A DNA stretch of 13,385 nucleotides from a bacterium (lineage in GTDB: Bacteria > SAR324 > NAC60-12), in contig CBDDTI010000736.1 in NCBI GenBank assembly GCA_965233585.1, positions 1 through 13,385 of the forward strand, written 5' to 3'. The notes under the pieces were generated by a model. That model was not told the origin of the DNA and did no database searches. It saw nothing but the letters and a program-made list of their open reading frames with translations. Below, piece by piece: positions 1-8,968 of the stretch. A program made the translations under genes and the position numbers. Every line of letters begins with the position of its first letter. Position 1 is the first letter of the stretch.

Positions 1-964
1 AAAGCTGCTTTCCGAAGAATTTGAAATTATGCTTTCCATTTAAACTATTTTGCTTGTTACAAAAACGTTTGCTTTGTAACAAGTAAATATGAAATGATGT
101 CGGCTTACGATCTTGCTATCGAACCCTTTAGAAACCCTTTAATGTCACTTCCACTATTTAAACTAAGAGCAGAGTGTAACGCAACTAGGTAACGCAACAG
201 GCAACAAATAAGCAAACCACGATATGGCGTAATTTTGGGGGACACAGCCCTGTGGCAGGTTAGACGCGACTTCATGCTAGGTGCACAAAACCAAAGCCTC
301 ACTTATTCCCCCACTAACGTGGGAATAGAACAAGAGTATTGGCAGAGCCTTTCTTATCTCCCCAGCACAGCAGAGGCTGGATCGGACAAGATAAAGGCAA
401 GGATATAAGATGGCAAGACACAAGCAATGCCAAAGCTTGGGGGAAGTCGCTACGCAGACTTAACCGCACCACAAGGAGTGACCCCAGTTTATTGGAAAAT
501 AACAAATAGAAGCCCTTCTCCCAGGGAGGGAGGGTGGGAAATTTTAAGCAAAATTGTTACAAATTGTGTACTCTCATGCAAGCTGCCAGGATTATGCCCT
601 GTGACAGTATATTGAGATTTATATAGCAAGACAGTCTCTTAAAGTTCAACCAATAGGTACAGCTGTACTATAAGCTAAATAAACGCAACGTGGCGAACTT
701 GCCAGCCATGAATGGGGCTAACAATTATCTGGGCCAATCTAGGAGAAGCTAAGATATTTCACTAGATTACATGGCAAGATAGAAGCTAAAATACAGACAT
801 GAATAGCGTTTGCGCTAACTGCCAGAATAAGGGAACATTCATTCATGAATGTAGCATTCAGTATTGTTCTGTTATTTATCCTACTGGATTGCGTGATGAA
901 CGAAAAACCACCTTGCGCTAAGGGGTGTCATGTTCCATTAACTGCGTTTTACCGGCCGGTAAAA

Positions 965-1257
965 GCGTTATTAGAAACCTGGCTTCAAGGAGTTTCAAAC
1001 CGTTTGGAAACGGTTTGGAAACTCATGAGACACCCTTTTGAAACCTTTTAGAAACCAGGTTTCAGGATTTTGAAAACCCTTTAGAAACCCGGTTTCAGTC
1101 ATTTGAAACCCTTTGGAAACCCATTGGAAACCCTTTAGAAACCCTTTGGAAACCCTTTGGAAACTCAGTTTTGGGAGTTTAAAACCCTTTGGAACCCTTT
1201 GAAACCCGGTTTCACCCAAATTGCCATGATCGATAAGACGTGTTTTCCTATGGAGGG
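965..1257. mobile_element. Right end of a non-autonomous DNA transposon with 11-bp subterminal repeats (GAAACCCTTTG/GAAACCCTTTA); possibly CMC/EnSpm-like
   Basis: Degenerate tandem GAAACCCTTTR units run from ~995 to 1213, mixed with palindromic GAAACC(C/A)GGTTTC units. The block ends at ...TTTTCCTATGGAGGG (1257), whose reverse complement starts CCC like many animal EnSpm termini. Two more motif copies lie at 121-141. The partner end is not in the window, so the superfamily is inferred. Confidence 0.55.
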
Positions 1258-1476
1258 TCACATTTTTATAACTTTTTTTTACAGTTTTTCCACGTACTTT
1301 CTTTCTCTTTCCGTGACTGACCTGTAAACTAGCTTTGTAGCTAAGTGCTAGTCACGTTAATAAAGTATGTATGCATGTATAATCAGTTATTATATATTGA
1401 TTAATAATGTTATTAGATAATCATAATTAATTAATTAACCAATTATTGATTTTTTGCTTATTTATTTTTTGTTCAG

Positions 1477-1659
1477 GCTACCAAGCTTTACCTCTGGGCA
1501 CCAGTAGCTACAGTAGCTTACAAGGTTGGGTGCCTGAAGCGCTCTCTAGAATTTTTCTTAGAGCACAACCTTGCTGTTCCTGTCAGTCAATATATGAACA
1601 GTGTACATATGGGCAACCTGGATTAAAACATCAAAGATTTTCAAAGCATCTATGGTCAG
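1477..1659 (+). pseudogene. Putative pseudo-exon A (phase 0 to phase 0, one in-frame TAA), product unknown
   Basis: T-rich tract and acceptor TTTTTTGTTCAG|G at 1476/1477; donor CAG|GTTAGA at 1659/1660; 183 nt. Frame 0 reads ATKLYLWAPVATVAYKVGCLKRSLEFFLEHNLAVPVSQYMNSVHMGNLD*NIKDFQSIYGQ (stop 1624-1626). Confidence 0.45.
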
Positions 1660-1781
1660 GTTAGATATTTCTAAAGGAATATAAATTTAAAGACCTGATA
1701 ATCGCTTATAGGCACTATTTTGTTATTGTAAACAATATCTTACTGAGTGTAGACCACAGAGACCACTTAGTGCTATTACAG

Positions 1782-1912
1782 AGATATATATTAATGTGTG
1801 AAAAATTCTGTAAACAAATGCATCCTGGAACAAACTAATTCATCATCGATGCAGCTCCTGTGAGATCACCAATATCATTCCTGCTGCCTAATGGGCAACT
1901 GGTCGCTCTGAG
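1782..1912 (+). pseudogene. Putative pseudo-exon B (phase 0 to phase 2, one in-frame TAA), product unknown
   Basis: Acceptor ATTACAG| at 1781; consensus donor GAG|GTAAGT at 1912/1913. Continues exon A in frame across a 122-nt GT-AG intron: RYILMCEKFCKQMHPGTN*FIIDAAPVRSPISFLLPNGQLVAL (stop 1836-1838). Confidence 0.45.
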
Positions 1913-1939
1913 GTAAGTTACGCTCTGAGGTAAGTTACG
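1904..1939 (+). repeat. Exact 17-bp tandem duplication CGCTCTGAGGTAAGTTA x2, covering the splice donor
   Basis: 1904-1920 is identical to 1921-1937, followed by CG. Confidence 0.95.
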
Positions 1940-2378
1940 AGTGTGGGCGACTAGAGGTTTTTTTTAAGGAGCCTGAGTGGGCGCCTAAACATGTTGTTTT
2001 CATTCACATGTACATGTAATCTGTTGGATGATTTCAATCTTCGGATCATGTGTACTTAAGGCATCTGTCGGCCGAGTGTCGGTCGATACTATTGGCCGAT
2101 ATGGCGACCGATACTCGGCCGATATATGGACCGACTCTCGGCCGATATGTCGGTCGAGTGTTGGTGGAGTGTCTGTTGAGTGTCGGTCGACATGTTGTTT
2201 TAGTTTATAGACCATCGGTCGACACTATCGGTCGATATGTCGGTCGACACTCGGCCGACACCTCGGCCGATATGTTGCGATCGACAGTCGCTAGTGTATC
2301 GGTCGACTGTCGGTGATGTATCGCTCAACTGTCGGTGAGGTATCGGTCGACTGGTAACCGACTCACACGAACATATCC

Positions 2379-2470
2379 CAGAGTGTCCAATCGATGGAAA
2401 AAAGCAGTCGATAGATCGATATCAGTCGATACTGATGGTATCGTTTAATCGATGATCAATCGATAATCAC
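2379..2470. repeat. Fragment of a separate repeat with clustered (A)TCGAT motifs, starting CAGAGTGTCC
   Basis: About six TCGAT motifs in ~80 bp, distinct from the adjacent TCGGTCGA array. The CAGAG start resembles hAT/P-type termini (inference). Confidence 0.4.
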
Positions 2471-2492
2471 AGAAAAGCCTTTAATCAGGAGC

Positions 2493-2619
2493 CCACCCCA
2501 TGTGTAAGGATGGAGAGAGGCATGGTGAGAGTAGAGTATCATGCCCGAGCATACATCACAATGTCCCTGGCCAGGGCTCGAACGCTGGAGTCGAGTGCAG
2601 TAACTATGAGGCCACCGCG
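2493..2619 (-). mobile_element. tRNA-derived CORE-type SINE, degenerate 5' portion
   Basis: Minus strand reads CGCGGTGGCCTCATAGTTA (A box) ...GTTCGAGCC (B box) CTGGCCAGGGACATTGTG. Plus-strand GTGAGAGTAGAGTATCATGCCCGAGCATACA resembles the antisense CORE domain of MIR-like SINEs. The A-B spacing is short, suggesting a deletion. Confidence 0.75.
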
Positions 2620-3256
2620 TGGGTTAAACTTAACGAACTTGGTGGACCCTCTGAAAGTAGGGAGCCTACCCTCAACAAGCCCACCTAAATCAAAGACAGA
2701 GGCCCAGGTTCTATAGCATATTTATTTCCCAATGATCAATATTCAGGTCAAATACGTATGATAATACGTATGGTAAAACACAACGTGTATTTGAGATCAG
2801 GAGGAACTGAAATGTAAAAAAAAAACGCGCAGGTGGGTGTTAACTATATTTCTCGAGGCCTCTTTCTGTGTTTTGTACTCTGATAAAACGCACTCTGCAA
2901 CAGGGAAGGTATTGCTTATGCCACGAAGAGTTGTGAAATATCACAGGGTCTAGAACTGAAAAAACCCATCCGTGAGGCAGGAAGAGAGCGCAATCGTACC
3001 AGCTTTTTATATCATCTTTTGCTCCCCTAAAATAACGAGCCTCCAAAAGCAACAATCCCCAAATGCTGCTGCATCCGAAAGTAACGAGGGTCGTATATAA
3101 AAGCGATGACGAGGAAAAAACATAGCTGGAAAAAGGCATGAATATTGCCGGAGTTGAAGGCCAAAAAAGGTCGACGGCCACTGAAAGCCTCTCTCAGTAG
3201 AGCAGGGAAGATAGAACTGCGGCGGTAGCAAGAGCTGACCAAGTGAGCTTAGTGTT

Positions 3257-4686
3257 GGCCGAGTGTTGGTAAAGTATCGGCCGAGTGGCGGTGAAGTATC
3301 GGCCAAGTGGCGGCCGAGTGGCGGTGAAGTATTGGCCGAGTGGCGGCCGAGTGGCGGTGAAGTATCGGCCGAGTGGCGGCCGAGTGGCGGTGAAGTATTG
3401 GCCGAGTGGCGGCCGAGTGGCGGTGAAGTATCGGCCGAGTGGCGGCCGAGTGGCGGTGAAGTATCGGCCAAGTGGCGGCCGAGTGGCGGTGAAGTATTGG
3501 CCAAGTGGCGGCCGAGTGGCGGTGAAGTATTGGCCGAGTGGCGGTGAAGTATCGGCCGAGTGGCGGCCGAGTGGCGGTGAAGTATTGGCCAAGTGGCGGC
3601 CGAGTGGCGGTGAAGTATTGGCCGAGTGGCGGTGAAGTATTGGCCAAGTGGCGGCCGAGTGGCGGTGAAGTATTGGCCGAGTGGCGGTGAAGTATTGGCC
3701 GAGTGGCGGTGAAGTATTGGCCGAGTGGCGGTGAAGTATTGGCCAAGTGGCGGCCGAGTGGCGGTGAAGTATTGGCCGAGTGGCGGTGAAGTATCGGCCG
3801 AGTGGCGGTGAAGTATTGGCCGAGTGGCGGTGAAGTATTGGCCGAGTGGCGGCCGAGTGGCAGTGAAGTATCGGCCGAGTGGCGACCGAGTGGCGGTGAA
3901 GTATTGGCCAAGTGGCGGCCGAGTGGCGGTGAAGTATTGGCCGAGAGGCGGTGAAGTATCGGCCGAGTGGCGGCCGAGTGGCGGTGAAGTATTGGCCAAG
4001 TGGCGGCCGAGTGGCGGTGAAGTATTGGCCGAGTGGCGGTGAAGTATTGGCCAAGTGGCGGCCGAGTGGCGGTGAAGTATTGGCCGAGTGGCGGTGAAGT
4101 ATTGGCCAAGTGGTGGCCGAGTGGCGGTGAAGTATTGGCCGAGTGGCGGTGAAGTATCGGCCGAGTGGCGGCCGAGTGGCGGTGAAGTATTGGCCGAGTG
4201 GCGGTGAAGTATTGGCCGAGTGGCGGCCGAGTGGCGGTGAAGTATTGGCCGAGTGGCGGTGAAGTATCGGCCGAGTGGCGGCCGAGTGGCGGTGAAGTAT
4301 TGGCCGAGTGGCGGCCGAGTGGCGGTGAAGTATTGGCCGAGTGGCGGCCGAGTGGCGGTGAAGTATTGGCCGAGTGGCGGCCGAGTGGCGGTGAAGTATC
4401 GGCCGAGTGGCGGCCGAGTGGCGGTGAAGTATTGGCCGAGTGGCGGCCGAGTGGCGGTGAAGTATTGGCCGAGTGGCGGCCGAGTGGCGGTGAAGTATTG
4501 GCCGAGTGGCGGCCGAGTGGCGGTGAAGTATCGGCCGAGTGGCGGCCGAGTGGCGGTGAAGTATTGGCCGAGTGGCGGCCGAGTGGCGGTGAAGTATCGG
4601 CCGAGTGGCGGCCGAGTGGCGGTGAAGTATCGGCCGAGTGGCGGTGAAGTATTGGCCGGGTGGCGGTGAAGTATCGGCCGGGTGTC
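3257..4686 (+). repeat. GC-rich minisatellite of 130 11-bp monomers: A=GGCCGAGTGGC and B=GGTGAAGTATY, arranged as 33-bp (AAB) and 22-bp (AB) units
   Basis: Read directly. First monomer starts at 3257 and last at 4676; the difference is 1419 = 129 x 11, so register is kept throughout. It explains the long repetitive ORFs. Confidence 0.97.
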
Positions 4687-5172
4687 GGCCGACGTGCTTG
4701 TCGGTTCATGTCGACCGACACGCGACCGAGTCTCGGCTGACATATCGGCCGAGTGTCGGTCAATATATCGGCCGAGTGTCGGTCGCCATATCGGCCGATA
4801 GTATCGACCGACACTCGGCCGACAGATGCCTTAAGTACACATGATCCCCATCTCATCAAAAATTTATTTACGCAATAAATTAGGCAGAAAACAACAGCTA
4901 TCCTGGTCCTGTTTTGCTTTTATCACGGGCCAAAACACGGCAACAAAGCCTCTTTCCATTCACAGAATAGCCGAAAACAGCCATATTTGAAAATTACCTT
5001 GCTAAAATGCATTGCAAACTCAGTATTAAATAAAATTATGTACATCTTGTATGCCAATGGATTGTGTCTCTGTTGATCCCCTACTAATTCCAGTCTGCAA
5101 AAATACTTTGACAACAAAATATTTTTGGAATTGGAGTGATGTCTGCTTCTGACATTATACGTGTATTTACAA

Positions 5173-6491
5173 TGGGTTGTTCCAGAAAAAATCCACCCCC
5201 CCCCCCCCCCCCCGACGGATGGGACTCTGGAAATTCTTGCAGGAGGGGGGGCAAAGACCCTAGAAATCTAGACAGGAGGGGTGTTAAACTAGAAAAAGTC
5301 CTCTGCAGGGGTCATTTCGACCATGGTTAGTAGACCAATAGTTCACATGATTTGAATGTTTAGTTCAGTGACACTTCAGCACTCTCTCTCTCTCTAGTAG
5401 AAAATATCTCTCTAGTAGAAATATTTTGTTCACATATTTCTCACATAAGATAAATGATAATCCTTCGCAGGTCCTTTTATAGCAGAAAACACGAACAATA
5501 AGATACTAAAGAATGTGCCGTCGCAATGTTGTTGCAACGAAGCATTTGAAACGCCTGACACATTTCTACTCCTACCCAGACCCAGCCTGCCACTGTTGTG
5601 TAATTTCACGTATAAGCCCCGTTGATATCTCGGTTGCACTGGACCAATCTGAAAGCCTTCTTTGGCCGGGTTTAAAATAATTCACTGAATGTACAAGTTA
5701 AAATTTCATTCCTTGAATGGGAGCTGTTTCAAGTGCTTTTGTCTTCACAGGCTACATTCTCTTCAGCCCACATTTTGTTTTTTCCATTTACTAACAAAAA
5801 GCCCAAAGACTTTATAAAACTATGGCGGACTAAGAAAGCTCTTCACAACACAAGTTTGAACTTTCCTTCCACTGTTTATTAGAACTACAGGCTCTTGAAG
5901 GTTCGGTAGGATATGTGAATGAAGTTATCCAGTCTTTGCATGTGTAAGTTATAAAATAATTTGAACGATAAACAAGTTTAGACTTCCATTTTTGAAAGGT
6001 TTTGATTAAGAAGTTCTTAATCTTCAGTGGACGAGACTGACCTTATGTCTCAAAAAGGAATGGCTCTTGAACTTTTTTATCATATTCTCTACTAATTGTA
6101 TTTACTTTAGACCATATTTAGCACAAAGAAAGAAAAAGGGCAACTGATTTTTATGAACTAAGAATGTAAACACTTGTTTGCTTTTTCGCATTCTTGCTTC
6201 TTTTCTTTTCTTAGTTCCATGCGATAGAATTTTATATAATTTAGCCGAAGCTTTAGACATTAAAAAACAACATCTTCTAGACGTGATTGTGCGTATTTGC
6301 TATTAGAAATAAATTAAATTTAAGCCTAATAATTTTTCCCGGAAATCCGGGCAGCAGGGGCTCTTTTGTCTTGGAAATCCAGACAGGAGGGGGGTCTTGT
6401 GCTTCAGGAAATCCAGGTGAGAGCAGGGGTTAAAAAATGACCCCAACCATCGGGGGGGGGGGGGGGGGTGGATTGTTTCTGGAATAACCCA
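5173..6491. mobile_element. Non-autonomous TIR DNA element (~1.32 kb) with ~50-bp TIRs containing poly-C/poly-G
   Basis: Left end TGGGTTGTTCCAGAAAAAATCCA-C18-GACGGATGGG (5173-5223); right end reverse complement TGGGTTATTCCAGAAACAATCCA-C17-GATGGTTGGG (6442-6491). Subterminal GGAAATCCAGACAGGAGGGG-like repeats at 5229, 5262, 6341, 6373 and 6407. No TSD seen. Confidence 0.85.
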
Positions 6492-6617
6492 CGTGAATAA
6501 AGGTAAATTTATTTAAAATCTAGGGCTTTTTTGGTCCAATACTTTGGAAAACTTCACGCTGAATGGATTTCTTTAGCTTCTGAAAGGATATAATTTTACG
6601 TCAAGTAACTAGCCAGC

Positions 6618-6650
6618 AAAAAAAAAAAACAAACAAACAAACAAACAAAA
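6618..6650 (+). repeat. Poly-A / (CAAA)n simple repeat
   Basis: A-run followed by about five CAAA units. Confidence 0.9.
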
Positions 6651-7049
6651 GCAAACATCATTGCAATTCTTTTTGCAAACTAGGGTTTTATATTTAAAAT
6701 TATCAAGCGAGTTGTTGCCACTCCGCCCAATATACAAGAATATATTTTCTCCAGAGAAGCAGCCAATATAATGTGGTAATGCTGCCTCAAAATCACCTTT
6801 AGCTTATCCTTATGTCTAGAGCCCAGAAAAGGAAAGCACATTCAAACCTCCGAAATGTCTTTCATTTTTATTTTTTATTGCATTTCAGGATTTGTACAAT
6901 GTATTTTGTTGTCTTAAAACAGAATTGCCAAACTTAAAAACAAACGCAACAGTACAGAATTCTGGAAAAAAAAAAGCTGCAGCACTGTCATGTCCTGGTC
7001 ACTTTGCTGAATGCCTTCTTTCAAACATTTGGTTGATATGAGGCCTTTT

Positions 7050-7360
7050 AAGCTATCAAATGTTTTCGCTTGCAAGCGATTGGCCTAAACATGTCACGTG
7101 ACTGGATTTTCCCTAACTAAAACTGCAGAATATGTAAGAATATTCCCTAATTTTCAAATCTGTGCCTGCTGCAAAAAACATTTCAAGGATAAACACAATA
7201 GCCATTTGGAGCCAAAATATGCTCAGATCATTTGTCCTTGGACATTATCTGTTCCTTGAAGCTCACAGTGTTTTCTCAAGCTACGATTTCAGAAAAAGAT
7301 TATGTTTACGGACAAAATATCGTAGTATATCTTTGTGCCAGATTGAGGGTACTTTTTATT
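7050..7360. mobile_element. Interspersed repeat with long internal hairpin, copy 1 (longer, diverged)
   Basis: Its start (TCAAATGTTTTCGCTTGCAAGCGATTGGCCTAAACATGTCACGTGAC) and end both align with copy 2. The arm 7189-7254 is inverted relative to the degenerate 7290-7360 and to 7461-7531. Confidence 0.7.
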
Positions 7361-7533
7361 GATAATCCATCAAATATTTTCACTCGCACGCGATTGGTCT
7401 AAACATGTCACCTGACCGAATATTCCCCAGTTACGCTCTCGGAAAACTGCTCGCTTCTCAGAACAGATAATGTCCGTGGACAAATATCCAAGCAAAAAAT
7501 ATTTTCACGCCAAACAAAGGCTATTGTTTATAT
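7361..7533. mobile_element. Same repeat family, copy 2, internally deleted, head-to-tail with copy 1
   Basis: TCAAATATTTTCACTCGCACGCGATTGGTCTAAACATGTCACCTGAC matches 7056-7102. At 7430/7431 the sequence jumps to match the ~7280 region of copy 1. Confidence 0.7.
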
Positions 7534-7743
7534 ATGTATAAGTATCTCATGGAAATTCTCTGCCCCCAGATCCCTCCACAATTCATTCCACCACCTGTCT
7601 TTCCCAATCTCCCTCACCCCCCCCCCCCCCCCTCCTCCCTATTGACCACAACAAAGTTTTTCTGGGTTCCTAAAAAGGTGGCTTGGGCTCCTAAATTTTT
7701 GAGTTAGTATACACTCTAGATAAATGTAGAAGAGTTCAATAAT

Positions 7744-8968
7744 TTAATACTTTCTTTGTTTTTTCTGTATTTGCAGACAACTTGATGCAGTCCTAATTTC
7801 TGCACAAAGTTCATTAAACAAACTGACTTGGAAGTTAAGTTTTGCATTCCATCCTGTGTGTGGTAATACCATAACTGCAACATTGTGGCAGATACACTGT
7901 ATTTCATGTTTAGGAAACCCATAAGTTAACTAAGTAATTGTTTAAAGTGCCTGTTAAATTAATCAGTCTTAGAGATAATCTACTCAAGGTTTTTAAATAG
8001 TTTCCTTTTTCGCTAAAAAGTCATATTTTGTGTGCTTTGTGTATGGCGTATTTGAATCAATTTTGTGATAATGTGCATTGGGCATGACATAAATTAATAC
8101 TTTGCCAACATGAAATGGACTAGGACTTAAAAAAAGTTGGACCATTAGTATTTTTTGAAAGAGAAGGTGGAAAAACTTGTGACATTCTACAGACAGCCTT
8201 GCCATTTACAACATCCAATAAGGTTAATTTGATCCCTAGTGTTGTACAAATAGTGTTCTCTAATTTAAAAAATAATTTCAATATGTTGTTTAAATGGTTG
8301 CATTATACATGTAATGCAGTGTCCAGCTTTGGTGCATGTCGGATATTGATGTATTTATCCATTTTCCTGAAAATTATCTTTCATTGATGTGTCAACCATA
8401 AGATGTCTTGGATATGTTGGGCTCTTCTCACAAATGTACCTATGCATTTGATCTGCAATTGAGTGCATTTGATTGTGTAGTGCAGACAAAATATTTGTAC
8501 ATAATATAACATACTGACGTAGCTTACTTATAATTCTTTGTATAATTTAATCATAGCAAAATTATTTAATGAAACCCAATGACAGCTCCTGTAGTCCACA
8601 ATCTTAGTAGAGAAAAAGAACAACTCACATTGAAATTGAATTTAAAAAATATATATTTTAAGAAGGCTCTGCAAGTATTCATGATCAGCAACGAATTACA
8701 TGTATCATATTTACCTTTCCAGCAAGTGGGGACTCGATCACAAAAGTGAAGATGGTTAACTGTATCTTTAGGGATCAAGTTAAAAAACAAAACTTTTCAA
8801 CTTTTCACATGCGTATACTAGAGATTTTTGCTGATGCAATCCTAATTCGGGCTGAAACTATAAAATCGTTCGCAATTTACTTTACAATATGTTGGACTAT
8901 TTTTACTGGTAACAACGTTCCAAAAACTAACTGAGGAGCTCCCCTTTTAGGCTTGGCTTAATCTATAT
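7744..8968 (-). pseudogene. Decayed coding-like segment, probably a transposon ORF relic (tentatively the N-terminal region of a Penelope-like element)
   Basis: One minus frame from ~8530 to 7922 has only 5 stops in ~200 codons (TGA 8383, TAA 8305, TAG 8122, TGA 8059, TGA 8023). After a frameshift it reads GFPKHEIQCICHNVAVMVLPHTGWNAKLNFQVSLFNELCAEIRTASSCLQIQKKQRKY. Only 4 CpG in 7681-8640. No catalytic motif visible. Confidence 0.35.

Larger units (their letters stand above)
2043..4847. mobile_element. Non-autonomous DNA transposon (or composite) with long TIRs starting GGATCATGTGTACTTAAGGCATCTGTCGG; superfamily unassigned
   Basis: 2043-2151 matches the reverse complement of 4739-4847 with 4 mismatches in 109 bp; weaker similarity with one 11-bp indel extends to 2194/4707. 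Both arms consist of ~11-bp TCGG(C/T)CGA-core repeats. No transposase ORF and no clear TSD. Confidence 0.85.

Noticed and set aside
995..1261. 88-aa KGF-repeat ORF, and similarly the short ORFs at 2000-2316
   Set aside because: By-products of subterminal tandem repeats.
1624..1838. TAA reassigned to Gln (ciliate-type code) to rescue both exons
   Set aside because: Two stops are easily explained by decay, and the surrounding repeats are animal-like.
2565..2619. tRNA gene
   Set aside because: A and B boxes are present but the spacing is shortened, no cloverleaf forms, and it runs into a CORE-like SINE body.
3257..4686. CRISPR-like repeat-spacer array
   Set aside because: No unique spacers, only two alternating monomers, no cas genes, and a eukaryotic repeat context.
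3007..4859. Long ORFs (578, 536 and 286 aa on minus; several on plus) as real repeat proteins
   Set aside because: All three minus frames are open simply because neither 11-mer contains a stop on that strand; the peptides are frame permutations of each other and lie inside a TIR element.
5389..5424. Short duplication TCTCTCTAGTAGAAA(A)TAT, and the poly-C tract near 7617-7633
   Set aside because: Ordinary slippage or low-complexity sequence with no further structure.
8826..8876. Minimal hammerhead ribozyme (CTGATG...GAAAC)
   Set aside because: Core is CTGATGC rather than CTGANGA, stem II pairs poorly, and stems I and III do not form convincingly.
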